From IMG/VR virus record IMGVR_UViG_3300042561_002102: DNA of 64,000 nt. The stretch is one strand, 5' to 3'. The notes below the pieces were generated by a model that did no database searches, had not been told where the DNA came from, and was given only the letters and a program-made list of their open reading frames with translations. Within the stretch, counting starts at the first letter, position 1. Each line of letters opens with the position of its first letter. A program made the translations under genes and the position numbers. Below, in pieces: positions 58,241-64,000 of the stretch. The stretch comes from a virus (lineage: Duplodnaviria; Caudoviricetes).

Positions 58241-60796
58241 ATGAAGACAAAAATGAATATAAGCGTTACGAAAAGAAACGGAAAAAAAGAACCCCTAATG
58301 CTCGATAAGATACTAGAAAGAATCAATCAGCAGACCTACAATCTTGACTCAAAATACATAGCACCTTTTGATATTGCTCAAAAAGTTATCGAAGGTATCT
58401 TTCCAGATATCGAAACCAGAGTTCTAGACAACCTAGCCATGGAGACTTCAGCTGCGCTGACAACAAAACATCCAGACTACTCAATACTAGCAGCTAGACT
58501 AGCTATTACTTCTCTTCATAAAGAAACGAAGAAAAGTTTTTCTGAAACTATGAAAGATCTTTATGACTACATAGATCCAAAAAGTAAAAGGCATTCACCT
58601 GTAATTGCTAAGAATTTCTTGGATCTAGTTCTTTCTAATAGTGATAAACTAGACTCTGCTATTGTTCACTCGAGAGATCACCTCTTTGATTATTTCGGCT
58701 ACAAAGTTTTAGAAAAATCATACCTTCTTAAACTAAATGGTCGAGTAGCTGAAAGACCACAATATATGTTCATGAGAACTGCTCTACAGATTTGGGGTCA
58801 AGATATCGATAAAGCTATCGAGACCTACAATCTCATGAGTGAAGGATACTACACACACGCCACACCAACACTCTTCAACTCTGGAACATCTAGACCACAA
58901 CTTTCAAGTTGTTTTCTACTTGATGTAGAATCTGATTCTATTGAAGGTATCTTCAACACACTTCGCGAGTCAGCTCAGATTTCTAAAAACGCAGGTGGTA
59001 TCGGAATTGCTTTTTCTAAAGTAAGAGCTAAAGGAACTTACATCGCTGGAACCAACGGTTCGTCAAATGGTATTATTCCTTTCTTGAAAATTTTTAACGA
59101 AACAGCAAGAGCAGTCGACCAAGGCGGCGGAAAAAGAAAAGGATCGATATCTATCTACATCGAGCCCTGGCACTCGGATGTTATGGAGTTTTTAGATCTC
59201 AGAAAAAACCAAGGTAAAGACGAAATCCGCGCTAGAGATTTGTTTCTCGCGATATGGATGAACGATCTTTTTATGGAAAGAGTAGATTCTGATCTCGATT
59301 GGACCTTGATGTGTCCTCACGAATGCCCAGGTCTTACCGATACTTGGGGTCAAGAGTTTAGAGATCTCTACATAAAATACGAAAGTGAAGGACGTGGTAA
59401 AAGAACAATGAAAGCTCGTGAAGTTTGGAATAAAATTTTAGAATCACAAGTAGAAACCGGAACGCCTTACATTCTTTACAAAGATTCCATTAACGAAAAA
59501 TCAAACCAGGCAAACATCGGTATGATTAAAAACTCGAATCTTTGTGCTGAAATCGTAGAAGCCGTAGGTATCACCAGGGCCGGAACTGAAGCTCTGAAAA
59601 ATAAAGAACTTCTCGAGAGTGTTGGACTGGGTGATTTCTGGGGTAGAGAAACTATCAATGAAACAGCAGTTTGTAACCTAGCATCGATATCACTACCGAA
59701 GTTCATAAACAAAAACAAAAGCTACAATTTCAAGAAACTAAGTGAAGTTGCATATGCGGCTACTATAAACCTCAATAATGTTATTGATACTAACTTCTAC
59801 CCTATTGAAGGAGCAAAATTCTCGAATCTTCTTCACAGACCGATCGGCCTTGGAGTTCAAGGGTTAAGTGATGTGTTTTTTATTCTACAACTCGCTCATG
59901 ATTCACAAGAGGCAAGAAATCTTAATCGTGAAATTTTTGAGACGATTTATTTCTCTGCTTTAAGAGCGTCTTGTGATCTAGCTAAGGCACATGGTCACTA
60001 TGCTACTTATCCAGGTTCTCCTATCTCACAGGGTCTTCTCCAACCTGATCTATGGGGCGTAACTCCATCAGATCGTTGGGAATGGAAAAAACTTCGTGAG
60101 GATATCAAAAAATGGGGTGTAAGAAACTCACTACTAACTTGTATTATGCCAACAGCTTCGACCGCTTCTATTCTAGGAAATGAGGCTTCTTGTGAAGCGC
60201 AGACCTCAAATCTTTATCTAAGAAGAGTTCTATCGGGTGAATATATTATTATCAACAAACATCTTGTTAGAGAACTATCGAAACTAGGTATATGGAACGA
60301 ATCGGTTAAAAATAAAATCATACAAGAAAACGGTTCTGTTCAGAATGTTCCTGAAATACCTACAAACATCAAAGAGATCTATAAAACCGTCTGGGAAATC
60401 AAACAAAAAGATGTTATCGATCTAGCTGCTGACAGAGGAGCCTTCATCGATCAAACTCAATCGATGAATATCTTTATGGAAAATCCAAATTTCGCAAAAC
60501 TCACAGCGATGCACTTTTACGGATGGGGTCGTCGTAACTTCTTAAATGATAATGAAGGAAATCCACAAATACCTACTGGTGAAGATATCCAGATCTATTA
60601 TGATGGAAACGGAAATCCAAAATATTATCGTCATAAGAAATCAAATCTAAAAACAGGTATCTATTACCTAAGAAACAAATCAGCCGCAGATGCGGTGAAA
60701 TTCACCGTTCAAAACGAACAAAAGTCACAAGAAGAGCAACTCGAACAAATAGCTTGTTCTCTTGATTCGGATGATTGTCAAGCGTGTAGCGCTTGA
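58241..60796 (+). CDS. nrdA: Ribonucleoside-diphosphate reductase class Ia alpha subunit with ATP cone
   Basis: VTKRNG ATP cone, HATPTLFN, QLSSCFL, SNLCAEI, VCNLAS, RPIGLGVQG, MPTASTA, TGIYYLR, C-terminal CQACSA. Confidence 0.96.
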   Translation: MKTKMNISVTKRNGKKEPLMLDKILERINQQTYNLDSKYIAPFDIAQKVIEGIFPDIETRVLDNLAMETSAALTTKHPDYSILAARLAITSLHKETKKSFSETMKDLYDYIDPKSKRHSPVIAKNFLDLVLSNSDKLDSAIVHSRDHLFDYFGYKVLEKSYLLKLNGRVAERPQYMFMRTALQIWGQDIDKAIETYNLMSEGYYTHATPTLFNSGTSRPQLSSCFLLDVESDSIEGIFNTLRESAQISKNAGGIGIAFSKVRAKGTYIAGTNGSSNGIIPFLKIFNETARAVDQGGGKRKGSISIYIEPWHSDVMEFLDLRKNQGKDEIRARDLFLAIWMNDLFMERVDSDLDWTLMCPHECPGLTDTWGQEFRDLYIKYESEGRGKRTMKAREVWNKILESQVETGTPYILYKDSINEKSNQANIGMIKNSNLCAEIVEAVGITRAGTEALKNKELLESVGLGDFWGRETINETAVCNLASISLPKFINKNKSYNFKKLSEVAYAATINLNNVIDTNFYPIEGAKFSNLLHRPIGLGVQGLSDVFFILQLAHDSQEARNLNREIFETIYFSALRASCDLAKAHGHYATYPGSPISQGLLQPDLWGVTPSDRWEWKKLREDIKKWGVRNSLLTCIMPTASTASILGNEASCEAQTSNLYLRRVLSGEYIIINKHLVRELSKLGIWNESVKNKIIQENGSVQNVPEIPTNIKEIYKTVWEIKQKDVIDLAADRGAFIDQTQSMNIFMENPNFAKLTAMHFYGWGRRNFLNDNEGNPQIPTGEDIQIYYDGNGNPKYYRHKKSNLKTGIYYLRNKSAADAVKFTVQNEQKSQEEQLEQIACSLDSDDCQACSA

Positions 60797-60804
60797 CAAT
60801 CGTC

Positions 60805-62271
60805 TTACTTTTTAAATTTAGAGATTAACTCTACTTTTTCGTTGATTCTTTCAAGCTCTTGAAGATAAACTTTCGATTCTTTAAGATATTTCGAAAGTTC
60901 TTTAACCCTATCGAAGTCGGCCTTATCAAGTGCCTGATCTATCTCATCATTAAGACGAGATTGTGACCAGGTAGATGGGTCGGCTTCTTTTTGTGCTGTT
61001 TTTTGCTTGAGATCAGCTATATCATCCTGTTCTTCTCCATCCGAACTAGTAGTTGCTAGATCACCATCATCTGGATAATCACGAGTAATCCAATCTATAA
61101 TACCATCTATCTGGTTTTTAGCACTTGATGCTTTATATTTAGCATCATTAAGAACAAATCTACCATTCTGGAGATCGAAACAAGAGAATATTTCTTTAAC
61201 AATATCTAAAAATAATTTATCCGAATATTCTCCGCCATTATTTGGGTGTCTTGAAAGTTCGATCAATACGAACTCGACCATGTTTTCACCATCATCAATT
61301 CTTTTTGAGCTATTTTTAATACAACGTTTTGTAAATTCAATAAACATCATACGAGCAACTGGCCCATAACGAAAATCTTCAGTTTCATCTTTGAAGGATG
61401 AGGTATACTTTTTAATATCTTGTTCTTTTTCAACATCTCCGGTGTTAGATACTGCTCTTGGACCAAGACGAATAAGTGCTTTTGAAGCTTCGTGTAGTAG
61501 CATTGTAAAATCAAGAGCTCTTACGATAATCCATATTTGTTTTGGATCTCTATTCCAATCAACGTCATTTGAACCGGCCATACCAGCTGGTTGATTCTTC
61601 ATCATTCTTGCTTTATCATCACCCGGCCAAGCCCAGTCTAATTTATTTCCTAAGCGCATCGTATCGCTTGTTATTCTTTTAAATTCAGTAGCTTTATATC
61701 CGAATATTTCTTCAAGATCTTGATCGATAGTAGGATAACTATTCATTATTTCTTCTACCTCAAATCCAGCACCTTGACCGAGCATATCAATTATTTTTTG
61801 TTTTGACACGCTATATTTGATATCTTTAGGTGTGTCAGATGATAGAGTTTTTTGCGGAAATGCCGGTTTTTCTCTCAATCTTGGAGATTCATCAATAACA
61901 TCTTTACCTTCTGGTAAGATTTGCATATCAAAGATGATTCGTCTTTTCGTGGTCGCCTCAGCTACTTCGATAAGATCTTTATATTTGTGTTGAATAATCT
62001 TTTCTGCTAACTCAGAAAGACTATTTAATCTCTCTATTTTTTCAACTTGAGTTAATTTTTTACCCCTATCGTCTTTTGACATAATATCTTTAGCACGATC
62101 AAGTAACCCCATGAGCTCTGGTCCAAACTGACGCATTTGACTTGGATCATCGGGTGTTGTTCCTAGAGTTTCTCTAGCGTATCTTTTCGATTTTGGAATA
62201 AAATCATCTGGTAATCCTTCGATATCTTTAACATCGACTTCTTCTTTGATAAACTTTAGAAAATTCTTCAT
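60805..62271 (-). CDS. Hypothetical protein with capsid-targeting-like N-terminus and UVR-like C-terminal helix
   Basis: MKNFLKFIKEE; LLHEASK; LNDEIDQALDKADFDRVKEL resembles a UvrB/UvrC (UVR) motif. Confidence 0.55.
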   Translation of the reverse strand: MKNFLKFIKEEVDVKDIEGLPDDFIPKSKRYARETLGTTPDDPSQMRQFGPELMGLLDRAKDIMSKDDRGKKLTQVEKIERLNSLSELAEKIIQHKYKDLIEVAEATTKRRIIFDMQILPEGKDVIDESPRLREKPAFPQKTLSSDTPKDIKYSVSKQKIIDMLGQGAGFEVEEIMNSYPTIDQDLEEIFGYKATEFKRITSDTMRLGNKLDWAWPGDDKARMMKNQPAGMAGSNDVDWNRDPKQIWIIVRALDFTMLLHEASKALIRLGPRAVSNTGDVEKEQDIKKYTSSFKDETEDFRYGPVARMMFIEFTKRCIKNSSKRIDDGENMVEFVLIELSRHPNNGGEYSDKLFLDIVKEIFSCFDLQNGRFVLNDAKYKASSAKNQIDGIIDWITRDYPDDGDLATTSSDGEEQDDIADLKQKTAQKEADPSTWSQSRLNDEIDQALDKADFDRVKELSKYLKESKVYLQELERINEKVELISKFKK

Positions 62272-62435
62272 CTTTTTTCAAAATATTGATTTATCTCTCC
62301 CTTCCCTTCGTTGGAGAGTGTTTTATAGATCTCTTGTAATCTCTCTACCATCATATCTGCACCACTTTTTGTCACAGGTTTTTGTTGTGTTGTGGCAGGA
62401 TCCGAGAAACTTTCGAACTTACGAATGTGCTTCAT
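62268..62435 (-). CDS. Small protein missed by the ORF track (55 aa)
   Basis: Translates MKHIRKFESFSDPATTQQKPVTKSGADMMVERLQEIYKTLSNEGKGEINQYFEKR; the stop overlaps the ATG of 60805..62271 (ATGA); TATATA ~20 nt upstream. Confidence 0.75.
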   Translation of the reverse strand: MKHIRKFESFSDPATTQQKPVTKSGADMMVERLQEIYKTLSNEGKGEINQYFEKR

Positions 62436-62515
62436 AATAAACTTTTTTTAGGTATATATAAAAAACTAAACTTTATTATTCTTCTTCATATACTATCTAC
62501 TAAACGAAAAAACTC

Positions 62516-63232
62516 ATGAAAGAAGAATTTTTAAAGTATTTACAACTGGACCACGGTATTCCGAAAGACGGTCTTCTATCCCAGGTATCTAATATGACAC
62601 CTTACATCTTAGAAGAAAGAGAGATGCGTGTTACACAAATTGATGTATTCTCCCGTCTTATGCGTGATAGGATCATCTGGTTGTCAGGTGGCGTCGATCA
62701 GCACATGGCTGATATTGTTCAAGCTCAACTACTTTTTCTTGACTCGGTTGAAAAGAAAGATATTACTCTTTATATCAACTCACCAGGTGGATCGGTTATG
62801 TGTGGATTGGGAATCATCGATGTAATGAACTATATTAAGTCTGATATTGTAACGGTGAATGTTGGTATGGCAGCGTCGATGGGAGCTGTTCTATTATCTT
62901 CGGGAACTAAAGGTAAAAGAGCTTCCCTGGTCTATTCAAAAGTAATGACCCACCAAGTAAGTCACGGTCTTTCTGGTAATGTTCAAGATACCACAATTAG
63001 TCATCTCGAATCTCATAAATATAACTATATTTTATTCAAGATTCTAGCTCAAAATTGCGGAAAAACATTCGATGAAATTTTCGAGATTTCAAGACGAGAC
63101 AGATGGTTCAACTCTGATGAAGCACAGAAATACGGTCTTATCGATGAGGTCATCAAACCAGAAGGTTCAAAATCTATTACCCAACTTTTGGAAGGTTTTG
63201 ACGAATACTACAAAAAAGAAATCTCTAGGTAA
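62516..63232 (+). CDS. clpP: ATP-dependent Clp protease proteolytic subunit
   Basis: DVFSRLMRDRII, YINSPGGSV, GMAASMGAVLL (Ser), MTHQ (His), RDRWF (Asp region). Confidence 0.95.
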   Translation: MKEEFLKYLQLDHGIPKDGLLSQVSNMTPYILEEREMRVTQIDVFSRLMRDRIIWLSGGVDQHMADIVQAQLLFLDSVEKKDITLYINSPGGSVMCGLGIIDVMNYIKSDIVTVNVGMAASMGAVLLSSGTKGKRASLVYSKVMTHQVSHGLSGNVQDTTISHLESHKYNYILFKILAQNCGKTFDEIFEISRRDRWFNSDEAQKYGLIDEVIKPEGSKSITQLLEGFDEYYKKEISR

Positions 63233-63290
63233 AAAAAGAATCTTTTCATCTCCAAAGTTTTATATATACTAAAAATATAAAATAAACAGG

Positions 63291-63764
63291 ATGAAAAGAT
63301 TTTCTCAAGACTTACGATTTCCATCAAGACCACTACAAAAAATATTCGAACAAGACCAGAGTGTTCAAGTTGTAGAAACTAAAACAGGACCAGCTCAGTT
63401 TTTCTCTAAGATTTTTGAATCTAGAGAAATAGCACACGTATATCATCTACAGCTCAAGGGTGACATGGGTTCCTATGCTTCTCACATAGCTCTTGGTGAA
63501 TACTACGACGGAGTAGTCGATCTTCTAGATGAACTTATTGAGGTTTATCAAGGTCAATACGATATCGTTCAAGGTTATAATATAATTGATACGACTTCTA
63601 CTCAAAATCAAGATAAACTAGAATATTTCAGTAGTGTAGTGGATTATCTTAAAAATTCAAGATATACCTTACTAAGTCAAGATGATCCACATTATCAAGC
63701 TATAATTGATGAGATTATTAATCTATTATACAGACTTATCTATAAATTAAGATTTTTGAAGTAG
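63291..63764 (+). CDS. Ferritin/Dps-like four-helix protein (DUF5856-like)
   Basis: AHVYHLQ...SYASHIALGEYYDGVVDLLDELIEVYQG helical metal-ligand pattern. Confidence 0.65.
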   Translation: MKRFSQDLRFPSRPLQKIFEQDQSVQVVETKTGPAQFFSKIFESREIAHVYHLQLKGDMGSYASHIALGEYYDGVVDLLDELIEVYQGQYDIVQGYNIIDTTSTQNQDKLEYFSSVVDYLKNSRYTLLSQDDPHYQAIIDEIINLLYRLIYKLRFLK

Positions 63765-63808
63765 ATTTTTATTCCTTCCAAAAATAGTAAAATTTTATAT
63801 ATATTTTA

Positions 63809-64000
63809 ATGATAAAATTTTACTCGTCCAGACTTCTCAATAAAGTAGAAAAAACTACAATATCTGGAGTAGCCAAAACTTCTTTTTTTACAGAAATATC
63901 TACGGGTGTTTCTCCTGGAACCAGAATGTTTATTCTGAACGGTAACTACGACTCGAATGATTTCATTCGTAAAAGTAGATATGGTAAATTTGTGGATGGT
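63809..64000 (+). CDS. Partial ORF running off window end
   Basis: ATG at 63809 directly after TATATATA; open to 64000 (MIKFYSSRLLNKVEKTTISG...). Confidence 0.5.
   Translation, partial: MIKFYSSRLLNKVEKTTISGVAKTSFFTEISTGVSPGTRMFILNGNYDSNDFIRKSRYGKFVDG

Noticed and set aside
62246-62437. 63-aa plus-strand ORF
   Set aside because: Shadow of the real minus-strand 55-aa ORF 62268..62435.
1-64000. Stop-codon reassignment, as seen in some large phages
   Set aside because: Standard-code ORFs already tile the window densely and conserved genes are full length.
1-64000. tRNA, rRNA, transposase or integrase genes
   Set aside because: Intergenic gaps are short and AT-rich, and no cloverleaf, rRNA or recombinase motifs were recognised.

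Overview
This AT-rich window is a segment of a large T4-like (myovirus, jumbo-type) bacteriophage genome. Hallmark genes are scattered rather than modular: tail sheath start, gp16/gp17-like terminase, gp25, gp15-like, gp55-like late sigma, clamp loader, gp41-like helicase, a split family-B DNA polymerase, NrdA and a GH19 endolysin. The host is probably a Bacteroidota. The evidence is a T9SS C-terminal sorting domain, Bacteroidota-like ClpS/ClpP, TTTG-N19/20-TAnnTTTG promoters and A-rich leaders without an obvious Shine-Dalgarno sequence. The most striking element is an ~8 kb minus-strand operon (1037-9137) encoding cell-envelope machinery. It includes a CsgG-like lipoprotein and a second CsgG-like paralog, a Gly/Ser/Asn-rich protein with a predicted outer-membrane beta-barrel, and a T9SS-tagged cohesin-dockerin-cohesin scaffold. 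Two further signal-peptide proteins carry the same dockerin-like module but no T9SS tag. Other highlights: a fused nuclease-methyltransferase + MORC/GHKL ATPase + UDG-like trio, a self-complementary TATATA motif at most gene starts, many proteins with T4 capsid-targeting-like N-termini, and a domain-shuffled family of Thr/Pro-rich Cys-capped proteins. No rRNA, tRNA, CRISPR array or transposase was recognised. All annotations are by eye from motifs; no searches were run.
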